Source of the DNA: Bacteroidota bacterium
Lineage (GTDB): Bacteria; Bacteroidota; Bacteroidia; Flavobacteriales; Flavobacteriaceae
Length of the DNA stretch: 40,192 nucleotides
NCBI GenBank assembly: GCA_009936675.1
Contig: JAACDY010000172.1
Span: 1 to 40,192 of the forward strand
Direction: 5' to 3'
In this document: positions 17,767 through 26,826 of the stretch, piece after piece
How the letters are laid out: each line of letters begins with the position of its first letter
Numbering within the stretch: position 1 is the stretch's first letter
The notes under the pieces: generated by a model
Database searches by the model: none
What the model saw: only the letters and a program-made list of their open reading frames with translations
Told to the model about the DNA's origin: nothing
Translations under genes and position numbers: made by a program

Positions 17767-18480
17767 TTAGTTAAATAGACTTTTGATCCTCAAAATCAAA
17801 ACGGCAGACAGCGCCTCCCAAATAATCCTTCCATTCATTTTGGAAACCCCCAGCACTCTGTTGGTGAAAATAATGGGATGTTCCTTGTATTTGTACCCTT
17901 TCTTCCAAATTTTAAATTTCATCTCGATCTGAAAGGCATAGCCTACAAATTTTATTTTATAAAAATCCAACTGCTCCAAAACTTCTCTTCTATATCCGAC
18001 AAAACCTGCAGTGGGGTCTTTGATGGGCATAAAGGTAATCCACCTGACATACAAAGAAGCAAAATAGGAGAGTAAAATCCTACTCAAAGGCCAGTTGACC
18101 ACATTGATGCCTTTGACATAGCGTGATCCAATGACCAAATCATAATCAGAGTTGAGATAGGCGAGCATTGGAGACAATTCTTTGGGATCGTGAGACAAAT
18201 CGGCATCCATTTCAAAAATAAAGTCGTATTGCTTTTCTAAAGCCCATTTGAAACCATGAATATAGGCCTTTCCCAAGCCCTCTTTAAGGGCGCGTTGCTC
18301 CAAAAATAGCCGATCGGAGTGGGTTTTCATCAGTTCCAAAACCAAATCGGCAGTACCGTCCGGGGAGGAATCGTCCACCACCAGAATGTCAAAGGCTTTG
18401 TCCTTGAGGGTCTTTTCAACAACGGTTTTGATGTTTTCAACCTCATTGTAGGTGGGAATGATAACTAAGGCTTTGTCCAT
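17767..18480 (-). CDS. GT2 polyprenol-monophosphate mannose/glycosyl synthase
   Basis: Motifs are VIIPTYNE, VVDDSSPDGT and EMDADLSHDP. Length is 237 aa. Confidence 0.85.
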   Translation of the reverse strand: MDKALVIIPTYNEVENIKTVVEKTLKDKAFDILVVDDSSPDGTADLVLELMKTHSDRLFLEQRALKEGLGKAYIHGFKWALEKQYDFIFEMDADLSHDPKELSPMLAYLNSDYDLVIGSRYVKGINVVNWPLSRILLSYFASLYVRWITFMPIKDPTAGFVGYRREVLEQLDFYKIKFVGYAFQIEMKFKIWKKGYKYKEHPIIFTNRVLGVSKMNGRIIWEALSAVLILRIKSLFN

Positions 18481-18550
18481 AGGCAGGGGTAAAAATACTA
18501 AATAGTTAGAAATAAAGTGAAGAGTTAAAATACTTCCTTAATTTTATTTC

Positions 18551-19168
18551 ATGTTTCAATGGACTGAAAAAATTCATCTACAACAAGACTGGATTACTGT
18601 TTTGATCATTTTGATCTTCACACTCAGTGTTTACCTATTTAACAGAAACCCCCATCAATTCAAACTTCTGGTGTGTTTTTGGAGATCCAAAAGTTATTTC
18701 AACATCTATGACAAGGAGAAATATGCCAATCCCTTACATATGTTCAACTTGATCTTGATATTCATAACATTGATTACCGTCTCGCTTTTGAGTTATTTTT
18801 TCTACGAAAAAATCTTATTTTCCCTATTGGGAGGGATCTCATTTCTATCATTTCTTTTGTTCATCTCGGCAGTGGTTGTTCTTCGTTATGGATTACTCAA
18901 ACTCATTTTTCAGCGCTCAAATCATTTGGAACTCTTTCTACAAACCGTTTTCAGAGGCATCAGTTTTTATGCAATGATCAGCCTCTACGCTCTATTCCTT
19001 TTTTCGGTCTATCACTTCGGTTTTCCTGACAATTCGAACTTTCTTTTCTTGATAATCATATTGATTCTCTTATTTGTATTTGTAACACAACTCACCGTTT
19101 ACTTAAGAATCATTAGGTTCCATCAAATCCGCATAGTATATTTAATTTTGTATCTTTGTGCTTTCTAA
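18551..19168 (+). CDS. DUF4271-like multi-pass membrane protein
   Basis: It has about 6 TM helices. Its position immediately upstream of the hemD-like gene is the arrangement I associate with DUF4271 in Flavobacteriia. Confidence 0.6.
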   Translation: MFQWTEKIHLQQDWITVLIILIFTLSVYLFNRNPHQFKLLVCFWRSKSYFNIYDKEKYANPLHMFNLILIFITLITVSLLSYFFYEKILFSLLGGISFLSFLLFISAVVVLRYGLLKLIFQRSNHLELFLQTVFRGISFYAMISLYALFLFSVYHFGFPDNSNFLFLIIILILLFVFVTQLTVYLRIIRFHQIRIVYLILYLCAF

Positions 19169-19231
19169 ATCGCGCCCTGGCTTTGGCTCTACAAGACGAT
19201 TTATTAGACAAAAGCAAAATTTAGAAGAAAT

Positions 19232-19948
19232 ATGAAAGTGAAGACTATTTTGGTTTCTCAGCCTGAACCTGCCAGTAAGAAGTCTCCCTACTCTAGATTA
19301 CAAGAAAAGCATAAACTGAAAATTGATTTCCGTCCCTTTATTCACGTAGAAGGTCTGTCGGCAAAGGAAGTGAGGTTGCAAAAAATCAATTTCTCTGATT
19401 TTGACAATATCATTCTAACCAGTAGAAACGCCGTAGATCATTTCTTTAGAATCACAGAAGAAATGCGTTATAAAGTACCTGACTCCACCAAATATTTTTG
19501 CCAGTCCGAGGCAGTGGCCTATTACCTTCAAAAATATGTGGTTTACAGAAAACGCAAAATATATGTAGGTGAGAAAAGCATCACCGATTTAGAAGCTGTA
19601 TTTAAAAAATTTGAAAAAGAAAAGTACTTACTCCCTTCATCGGATGTTCTCAAACCGAGTATTCCAGACTGTCTAAACAAAATGGGGATTGACTGGACTC
19701 GTGCACCTTTATATAAAACTGTGGTGAGTGATCTTTCCGATTTGAGAGATGTTTACTACGATGTTTTGGTATTTTTTAGTCCTTCGGGAATCGAATCTCT
19801 TTTTAAGAATTTCCCTGATTTTGAACAAAACAACACCCGAATTGCAGCCTATGGTAATGCCACCGTCCTTGCTGCCGACAAAGCTAAGTTGAGAATCGAT
19901 ATCAAAGCTCCCACCCCCGACACTCCCTCTATGCCCATGGCCATATAA
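19232..19948 (+). CDS. hemD: Uroporphyrinogen-III synthase (HemD-like)
   Basis: It reads MKVKTILVSQPEP...IDFRPFIHVEG...ILTSRNAVDHFFRI...FFSPSGIESLF. The ORF stops at TAA 19946-19948, but the frame continues KYISSNGK to TAG 19973-19975 (see findings). Confidence 0.8.
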   Translation: MKVKTILVSQPEPASKKSPYSRLQEKHKLKIDFRPFIHVEGLSAKEVRLQKINFSDFDNIILTSRNAVDHFFRITEEMRYKVPDSTKYFCQSEAVAYYLQKYVVYRKRKIYVGEKSITDLEAVFKKFEKEKYLLPSSDVLKPSIPDCLNKMGIDWTRAPLYKTVVSDLSDLRDVYYDVLVFFSPSGIESLFKNFPDFEQNNTRIAAYGNATVLAADKAKLRIDIKAPTPDTPSMPMAI

Positions 19949-19985
19949 AAATACATCAGTAGCAACGGTAAATAGATAAACTTCC

Positions 19986-20363
19986 CTAATTCGTTTTATC
20001 CTTAAAAGCTTTCCAAAGCAATACTGTCCAACCCAATATCAGTAAACTCCCTCCTATGGGGGTAACTGGACCCATCCACGTTAAGTCAAAAGAAGTCAAT
20101 TTCCCCAGACAGAGTGCAAAAATACTGAAGGAAAAAAGGACAACACCCCAAAAAAACAGTCTGAATATTACAGGATTTCTGGCCAAAGGAATTTGTGAAA
20201 AAATCAATAGTGCCAATCCGTGATACATCATGTATCGAATTCCGGTTTGAAAAGATTCTAAAACTTCTGGCGAAAAATAGGCTTTGAGGGCATGACTTGC
20301 AAAAGCACCCAACACTACTGCTAACAGGGCAAAAGCCCCTCCCGATAAAATATATTTTCTCAT
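19986..20363 (-). CDS. DUF423 family membrane protein
   Basis: GAFALLAVVLGAFASHALK is present, with 4 TM helices. Length is 125 aa. Confidence 0.75.
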   Translation of the reverse strand: MRKYILSGGAFALLAVVLGAFASHALKAYFSPEVLESFQTGIRYMMYHGLALLIFSQIPLARNPVIFRLFFWGVVLFSFSIFALCLGKLTSFDLTWMGPVTPIGGSLLILGWTVLLWKAFKDKTN

Positions 20364-20470
20364 AAGAGTTAATGTAAAATTAATACTATAAATTCCAATC
20401 GAATAATTTATTAATTTTATTAATACAAATATGAGTTTTAATTCGATTTATAAAGGTTAAAAGATAGATT

Positions 20471-20941
20471 TTGAAGACAAAAAACGAGCGAGTAGTCATT
20501 GACGGCTTGGATAAAATCATTCTCAGAGCATTGATGAGGGATGCGAGAAAGTCAATCAATGAAATTTCAAAAACTGCAGGAATATCGGGGGCAGCCGTTC
20601 ATCAACGGCTCAAAAAACTGGAGAATTCAGGACTCATATCGGGATCTCAAGTTGTGATTAATCCCAAAATACTGGGCTACAAAACAATGGCCTTTATCGG
20701 TATTTACTTGGACAAAGCAATGCGGAATCCAGAGGCTGTAAAACAGCTCGAAAAAATTCCCGAAGTGATCGAATGTCACTACACTACTGGCCATTGGAGT
20801 GTTTTAATCAAAATACTTTGTGAGGACAATGAACATTTGATGACCCTATTGAACCACGAAATTCAAACCATAGATGGGGTGTCCAGAACAGAGACCTTTA
20901 TTTCACTCAACCAGCAGATCAAAAGGCAAATTCAATTGTAA
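20471..20941 (+). CDS. Lrp/AsnC family transcriptional regulator
   Basis: The HTH is LDKIILRALMRDARKSINEISKTAGISGAAVHQRLKKLENSGLI, followed by a RAM domain. Only TTG at 20471 is available as a start that keeps the HTH. The upstream region is AT-rich and repeat-like (TTATTAATTTTATTAATA). Confidence 0.85.
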   Translation: MKTKNERVVIDGLDKIILRALMRDARKSINEISKTAGISGAAVHQRLKKLENSGLISGSQVVINPKILGYKTMAFIGIYLDKAMRNPEAVKQLEKIPEVIECHYTTGHWSVLIKILCEDNEHLMTLLNHEIQTIDGVSRTETFISLNQQIKRQIQL

Positions 20942-20949
20942 AAAATTCT

Positions 20950-21219
20950 TCAATTATTATTGCGGTGGATTAGAGTAAATACGATGATGAACATTTGTAG
21001 TATGCCAGAAACTACATTGGCCGTAATTACAGCAATACTTTCGATCAAAACTCCATAGCAAAACCAAATACAAATTCCGATGAACATGATCACATACATG
21101 GAAACAGAAACACCACTGGCGTCGCGTTTTTTCCATATTTTGAGAAACTGAGGCACAAAGGCAATGGTGGTAAAAGTGGCGGCAATCAGCCCGATAATTT
21201 CAATATGCAAATCACTCAT
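20950..21219 (-). CDS. SemiSWEET / PQ-loop family transporter
   Basis: This 89-aa protein has 3 TM helices and the PQ motif FVPQFLKIWKKRDASGVS. Its ATG overlaps the leuS stop (ATGA). Confidence 0.8.
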   Translation of the reverse strand: MSDLHIEIIGLIAATFTTIAFVPQFLKIWKKRDASGVSVSMYVIMFIGICIWFCYGVLIESIAVITANVVSGILQMFIIVFTLIHRNNN

Positions 21220-24035
21220 CAGATGACAATATTTATGATTTTTCCAGGAACTACTATGATTTTTTTGGGCGTAGCTCCATCAATTTGATCCAATGTACGT
21301 TGTTCCTTCATTACCGCCTCCTTGATTTCCTCTACCCCCATGTCTAAGGAAAACTTGAGGGTAAAACGCATTTTTCCATTGAAGGAAACTGGGTATTCTT
21401 TGGCAGTCTCCTCAACCTTAGTGGGATCGAAAACAGGAAAAGGCTCAAATTCGATGCTCTGGCTATGCCCCAACTTTTGCCATAACTCTTCACAAAAATG
21501 AGGAGCAAATGGGGAAAGCAATACCAATAGAGGTTCCAAAACTGCTTTATTTGAACATTTTAAGGCCGTCAATTCATTGATACAGATCATAAAACTACTG
21601 ACACAGGTATTGAAAGATAGGCGTCCAATGTCGTCAGTTATTTTTTTGATGGTCTGATGCAGTATTTTTAAGCTTTCTGGACTGGGAGCTTGTTCACTTA
21701 CCAACCACTGATCTTGTTGGTAAAACAACCTCCAGAATTTTTTGAGGAAGTTGTGCACCCCCGAAATTCCAGCAGTATTCCAGGGTTTGTCCTGCTCAAT
21801 GGGGCCTAAAAACATTTCATACATCCTGAGTGTATCGGCACCATAGGTGTCACAAATTTCATCGGGATTGACTACATTGTATTTTGACTTGGACATTTGT
21901 TCAACCTCTCTACCCACAATATATTTTTCGTTTTCAAGCACGAAGTCTGCTTTTTGAAAATCTTTTTGCCAATTTCTAACCGCCTCCACGTCCAACTCGT
22001 CTTGGGTATTGACCAAGCTTACATCCACGTGTATGGGTTCTACTTCTTGATTGCCAATCAAGCCTTTGGAAAGAAAAGTTTGGGTGCCTTTTTTGCGGTA
22101 CATAAAAGCAGAATTGCCAAGGATCATTCCCTGATTCACGAGCTTTTTAGCATATTCCCCCGTGTGAGCATATCCCAAGTCAAAAAGTACTTTTTGCCAA
22201 AATCTAGAGTATAAAAGATGACCCGTAGCATGCTCACTACCTCCCATATAAAAATCTACTTTACTCCAGTAGTCCAAAGCTCTGGAACCTACCCATTCCT
22301 TTTGATTTTGGGCATCCATATAACGGTTGAAATACCAAGAACTCCCCGCCCATCCAGGCATGGTATTGAGTTCCAATGGGAAGACCGATTGATGGTCGAT
22401 TCTATCTGCGGAAACCAATTCCTCATTGATCTCATCCCATGCCCATATTTTGGCATTCCCCAAGGGAGGTTTTCCATCTTCGGTAGGGAGGTATTTTTCT
22501 ACTTCGGGCAATTCCAAAGGCAAGTGTTGCTCTGGTAAAGGTACGGGGACATCTCCCTTAAAGTAAATAGGAATAGGCTCTCCCCAATATCTTTGGCGAC
22601 TGAAAACAGCATCTCTAAGTCTATAATTTACCGAACCTTTGCCACATTGTTTGGATTCCAACTCGGCAATGACTTTTTCCAGTGCTGCCTTGAAATCCAA
22701 ACCGTTTAAAAAATCAGAATGGGTCAATTTTACATTCCCTTTATCGACAAAGGCACCTTCGGACACATCAACCCCCTCGAAAATATTGATAATCGGTAAA
22801 TTGAAATAGGTGGCAAAATCAAAATCTCTTTGGTCTCCAGAAGGCACTGCCATGACTGCACCAGTTCCATATCCTGCCAAAACATACTCCCCAATCCAAA
22901 TGGGAATTGGTGCTCCAGTAAAAGGATGAAGAGCATGGGCTCCTGTAAATACACCACTAATCGATTTGACATCGGCTTGGCGTTCGCGATCGGATTTCTG
23001 AGCGACTTTAGCGGTATAATCCGCAACAGCTTTTTGCTGTTCTGGACGGGTAATTTTTGTGACCAACTCATGCTCTGGGGCAAGGGTCATATAGGTGACT
23101 CCAAATACAGTATCGGGCCGGGTAGTAAAAACCTCCAATTTCTCAGGATGATTTTCAATTTCAAAATAAATGCTGGCCCCTACCGATTTTCCAATCCAAT
23201 TCCTTTGCATTTCTTTGAGGGAATCCGACCAGTCCAATTCGTCCAACCCCAACAAAAGTCTGTTGGCATAGGCTCCAATGCGCATACTCCACTGACGCAT
23301 TTTCTTTTTGGTTACAGGATGACCTCCACGCTCTGAAACTCCATTTACAATTTCGTCATTGGCCAAAACCGTTCCCAAAGCAGGACACCAATTGACTTGT
23401 GTTTCGGATAAATAGGTGAGTCGGTAGTTGAGTAAAACTTTTTGTTGCTGTTCATGGTCAAAGGCTTTCCAATCTTGGGCATTAAAAACAGGAGTATCTT
23501 TGTCACAATGCGCTTTTACTTTTATATTTCCTTCCTTTTCAAAGCTGAGGATCAATTATGAAATAGGAATTGCCTTATCGGCCTCGAGATCATAATAGGA
23601 ATCAAATAACTTCAAGAATATCCACTGTGTCCATCGATAGTAATCCGGTTCTGAAGTCCTCACCTCTCGATCCCAATCGAAGGAAAATCCCATTCGGTCG
23701 AGCTGTTGACGGTATCTATTGATGTTGGCAATAGTTGTTTTGGCGGGATGCTGTCCAGTCTGAATGGCGTATTGCTCTGCTGGTAGTCCAAAAGAATCAT
23801 AGCCTTGTGGATGCAAAACATTAAAACCCAAGTGCCTTTTGAATCGCGCGACAATATCACTGGCAATATACCCTAAGGGATGCCCCACATGCAGTCCTGC
23901 CCCAGAGGGATAGGGAAACATATCCAATACATAATACTTGGGTTTATCGCTATGGTTGTCTGCCTTAAAGGTTTTGTGGGTCGACCAAAAGTCTTGCCAC
24001 TTTTTTTCAATTTGCAGAAAATCGTAATTCATCAA
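21219..24035 (-). pseudogene. leuS: Leucine--tRNA ligase, reading frame interrupted by one in-frame TAA at 23556..23558 (formally a pseudogene; may be an artefact or still functional)
   Basis: The 5' ORF (159 aa) carries HIGH ([16 protein letters not shown]) and ends ...[12 protein letters not shown]. The same frame continues LILSFEKEGN... through the CP1 editing domain, a KMSKS loop reading QMSKSKYN, and the anticodon-binding and C-terminal domains. The total of 2817 nt (939 codons) is the normal bacterial LeuRS length. Confidence 0.9.
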
Positions 24036-24150
24036 GGCTGGTTTTTTGAATGCGTAAAAATACGCTTATTAAGGAAAGGAAAAAAAGTTTCCGGCAGTCA
24101 AGCTTCTTTTTAGTGATGGTTTTTTAATTTTACTGAAATAAACCTTCCTT

Positions 24151-25029
24151 ATGAGCCAACTGTCGGAAGAAAAATTCAATAAACGAAGACTGATTTCCAC
24201 CTATTTCTCAGTGGTGGTAAGTATTTCTTTGGTACTATTTCTAACCGGTATCATTGGGATTCTGTTGGTCAATTCGAAAAAAGTGGCGGATCACTTCAAG
24301 GAACAAATCGTTATGACAATTTATGTCAAAGACGCTGCCAAAGAAATCGAACTGAAGCAATTGCAAAAAACCCTACGCTTGAACGCCGCGACCAAAAAGG
24401 TCATTTATGTATCCAAAACAGAGGCTTCCAAGAGACACGCCAACGAAATCGGGGAGGACTTTATGGAGTTTCTGGGATACAATCCGTTGCTCAGCTCTAT
24501 AAACGTTTACTTTAAAGCGTCATTTTTGAATCCTGCCGTGGTTTCCAAACTCAGCAAAGACATTACTCTTTACAGCTATGTAAATGAAGTAGTTTACGAT
24601 CGGCCACTGCTTGAGCTATTGGATCAAAACATCAAAAAAATTACATTTTGGATGCTCTTGGCCAGTGGTATCTTCATTCTTGTTGCCGTGCTTCTGATCA
24701 ATAGTTCTATTAGACTGTCGATCTACTCCAAAAGAATGATCATCAAAACCATGCAACTGGTAGGAGCCACCAAAAGCTTTATCCGCAGGCCCTTTATCAA
24801 AACCCACCTATTGATGAGTACTATAGGGGCCATTATTGCCATGTTGGGCATGGCTTTGGTTCTTTATGAAATGGAAAAACGATTTCCCGAATTGCAAATT
24901 TTCGAAAACCCACTGGAACCGGCAGTGGTTTTTGCAGGCGTATTTCTTTTGGGTTTGGGGATCACAATTATAAGTACTTTCTTTGCCACACAACGTTATC
25001 TGAATCTAAAGTCTGACGCAGTAAATTAA
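24151..25029 (+). CDS. ftsX: Cell-division permease-like protein FtsX
   Basis: It has an N-terminal TM helix, a periplasmic domain, then 3 C-terminal TM helices with MQLVGATKSFIRRPF. Length is 292 aa. Confidence 0.85.
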   Translation: MSQLSEEKFNKRRLISTYFSVVVSISLVLFLTGIIGILLVNSKKVADHFKEQIVMTIYVKDAAKEIELKQLQKTLRLNAATKKVIYVSKTEASKRHANEIGEDFMEFLGYNPLLSSINVYFKASFLNPAVVSKLSKDITLYSYVNEVVYDRPLLELLDQNIKKITFWMLLASGIFILVAVLLINSSIRLSIYSKRMIIKTMQLVGATKSFIRRPFIKTHLLMSTIGAIIAMLGMALVLYEMEKRFPELQIFENPLEPAVVFAGVFLLGLGITIISTFFATQRYLNLKSDAVN

Positions 25030-25038
25030 TCTTTTAAG

Positions 25039-25284
25039 ATGAGTGACCCGACACCAAAAAAAGAACTCTTGTTCAGCAAAAGAAATTATCGTTTTTTGCT
25101 CCTCTCCATAGCAGTGATTGCCTTGGGTTTTATCCTTATGGCGGGAGGCGGTAGCGATGACCCTAATGTTTATAACCCAGAAATTTTTAATTTTCGCAGA
25201 ATCAGATTGGCACCCACCATCGTTCTGACAGGCTTTGGATTGGCCATTTATGCCATCTTAACGCCCTCAAAAAAAAGTAAATGA
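25039..25284 (+). CDS. DUF3098 family small membrane protein
   Basis: It reads FSKRNYRFLLLSIAVIALGFILMAGG...FNFRRIRLAPTIVL. Length is 81 aa. The position between ftsX and uppP is conserved in Flavobacteriia. Confidence 0.75.
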   Translation: MSDPTPKKELLFSKRNYRFLLLSIAVIALGFILMAGGGSDDPNVYNPEIFNFRRIRLAPTIVLTGFGLAIYAILTPSKKSK

Positions 25285-26069
25285 GTGCGCTAGAAACATT
25301 GATTCTTGGAGTCGTTCAAGGTCTAACTGAGTTTTTACCGGTCTCCTCTAGCGGACATTTGGAATTGGTCAAGGCCATTTTCGGAAGTGATTATGAACAA
25401 CAACAGGGCTTGTTGGTCACCATCACCCTCCATGCTGCAACTGCTTTCAGCACCATTTTTGTGTTCAGAAAAGACATCGCATTGATCCTTTCCGATTTAT
25501 TGTATTTTAAAAAAGGGGAGAGTTTGAATTTCAGCATGAAAATTATTCTTTCCATGATACCAGCGGTGATCATCGGTCTTTTTTTTGAGGGTTTCATCGC
25601 CTCTCTTTTTGATGGTAAAATCGCTCTGGTTGGAGCCATGTTGATGATTACGGCCTTGCTTTTGATTTTGGCAGATCGGGTCAATGAAAACAACAAAAAA
25701 TTGAATTACACCAAAGCATTCTCCATAGGTGTGATCCAAGCCATTGCCATTCTTCCCGGAATTTCGAGGAGTGGAGCCACCATCGCACTGGCCGTTTTGC
25801 TGAAGATTGATCGTGACAAAGCCGCCCAATTTTCTTTCCTCATGGTCATTCCATTGATTCTGGGAAGTATGGCCAAAAGCATAATGGATGGAGACCTGAG
25901 TCAAGAAAATACAGCACTGCTTCCTTTGTTGGTAGGTTTTGTTAGTGCTTTCATTACGGGAGTTGTTGCTTGTCGTTGGATGATTGCTCTTGTAAAAAAA
26001 AGCCAGCTCAAATCCTTTAGTATATACTGTGTCGCGGTGGGGGTAATTGCTATTCTTTTTAGTTTGTGA
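25281..26069 (+). CDS. uppP: Undecaprenyl-diphosphate phosphatase
   Basis: Motifs are GVVQGLTEFLPVSSSGHL and PGISRSGATI. Length is 262 aa, multi-TM. Confidence 0.92.
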   Translation: MSALETLILGVVQGLTEFLPVSSSGHLELVKAIFGSDYEQQQGLLVTITLHAATAFSTIFVFRKDIALILSDLLYFKKGESLNFSMKIILSMIPAVIIGLFFEGFIASLFDGKIALVGAMLMITALLLILADRVNENNKKLNYTKAFSIGVIQAIAILPGISRSGATIALAVLLKIDRDKAAQFSFLMVIPLILGSMAKSIMDGDLSQENTALLPLLVGFVSAFITGVVACRWMIALVKKSQLKSFSIYCVAVGVIAILFSL

Positions 26070-26070
26070 C

Positions 26071-26769
26071 ATGAATTTATCACTTGAATCCATCTTGGAG
26101 GGTCAGCTTTTGTTGGTGGACAAACCACTGGAATGGACATCTTTTCAAGTGGTCAACAAATTGAGGTGGGCTTTAAGAGCAAAATACCAGCTTAAAAAAC
26201 TTAAGGTGGGGCATGCAGGAACCCTAGATCCATTGGCCACGGGACTCTTACTGATCTGTACTGGGAAAATGACCAAAAAAATCAGTGAAATACAAGCCCT
26301 TGAAAAAGCCTATACCGGAACCATTACCCTAGGAGCCACCACTCCCTCCTACGATCTCGAAACAGCCATAGATCAAAATTTCTCCATCGATCACATCACC
26401 AAACCGCAGTTGAATGCGGTTAGGGAAAAGTTTAAAGGCGAAATTGACCAATACCCACCCATTTACTCTGCCATAAAAAAAGAAGGGAAGCGCTTGTATG
26501 AATGCGCCAGAAAAGGAGAGAAAACAAAAATTGAGTCGAGAAAAGTTACCCTTTACGCCTTTGATTTCATACAAATCGACCTTCCTCAAGTGCACTTTCA
26601 TGTCCGCTGTTCAAAAGGAACATACATCAGATCCTTGGCCCATGATTTTGGCCAAGCATTAGAATCTGGAGCACATTTGAGTCAATTGAGAAGAACAGCC
26701 ATAGGTGCTTATACTGTGGAAGATGCTCTTACCCCCAATCAAATCACAGAGAAACTAGACGGAATATAA
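26071..26769 (+). CDS. truB: tRNA pseudouridine(55) synthase
   Basis: The catalytic motif is KVGHAGTLDPLATGLLLIC, with GTYIRSLAHD also present. The start is taken at ATG 26071, directly after the uppP TGA. Confidence 0.92.
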   Translation: MNLSLESILEGQLLLVDKPLEWTSFQVVNKLRWALRAKYQLKKLKVGHAGTLDPLATGLLLICTGKMTKKISEIQALEKAYTGTITLGATTPSYDLETAIDQNFSIDHITKPQLNAVREKFKGEIDQYPPIYSAIKKEGKRLYECARKGEKTKIESRKVTLYAFDFIQIDLPQVHFHVRCSKGTYIRSLAHDFGQALESGAHLSQLRRTAIGAYTVEDALTPNQITEKLDGI

Positions 26770-26802
26770 TCTAGGGATGAACCTATAGTCCTTGATTTTT
26801 AA

Positions 26803-26810
26803 TAATTTTG
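26803..26810 (+). promoter_or_regulatory. Candidate Bacteroidota -7 promoter box (TAnnTTTG) upstream of nadA
   Basis: TAATTTTG lies 17 nt upstream of the nadA ATG. This is a motif match only. Confidence 0.3.
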
Positions 26811-26826
26811 TATAAATCATTTGATT

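Noticed and set aside
25497-26093. Long antisense ORFs opposite real genes. Examples are 25497..26093 opposite uppP, 22830..23336 opposite leuS, 3740..4171 opposite the GHMP kinase and 15534..15944 opposite the SDR gene.
   Set aside because: Their composition is low-complexity or atypical and they have no motifs. Each is fully contained within a strongly supported gene on the other strand, so they are shadow ORFs.
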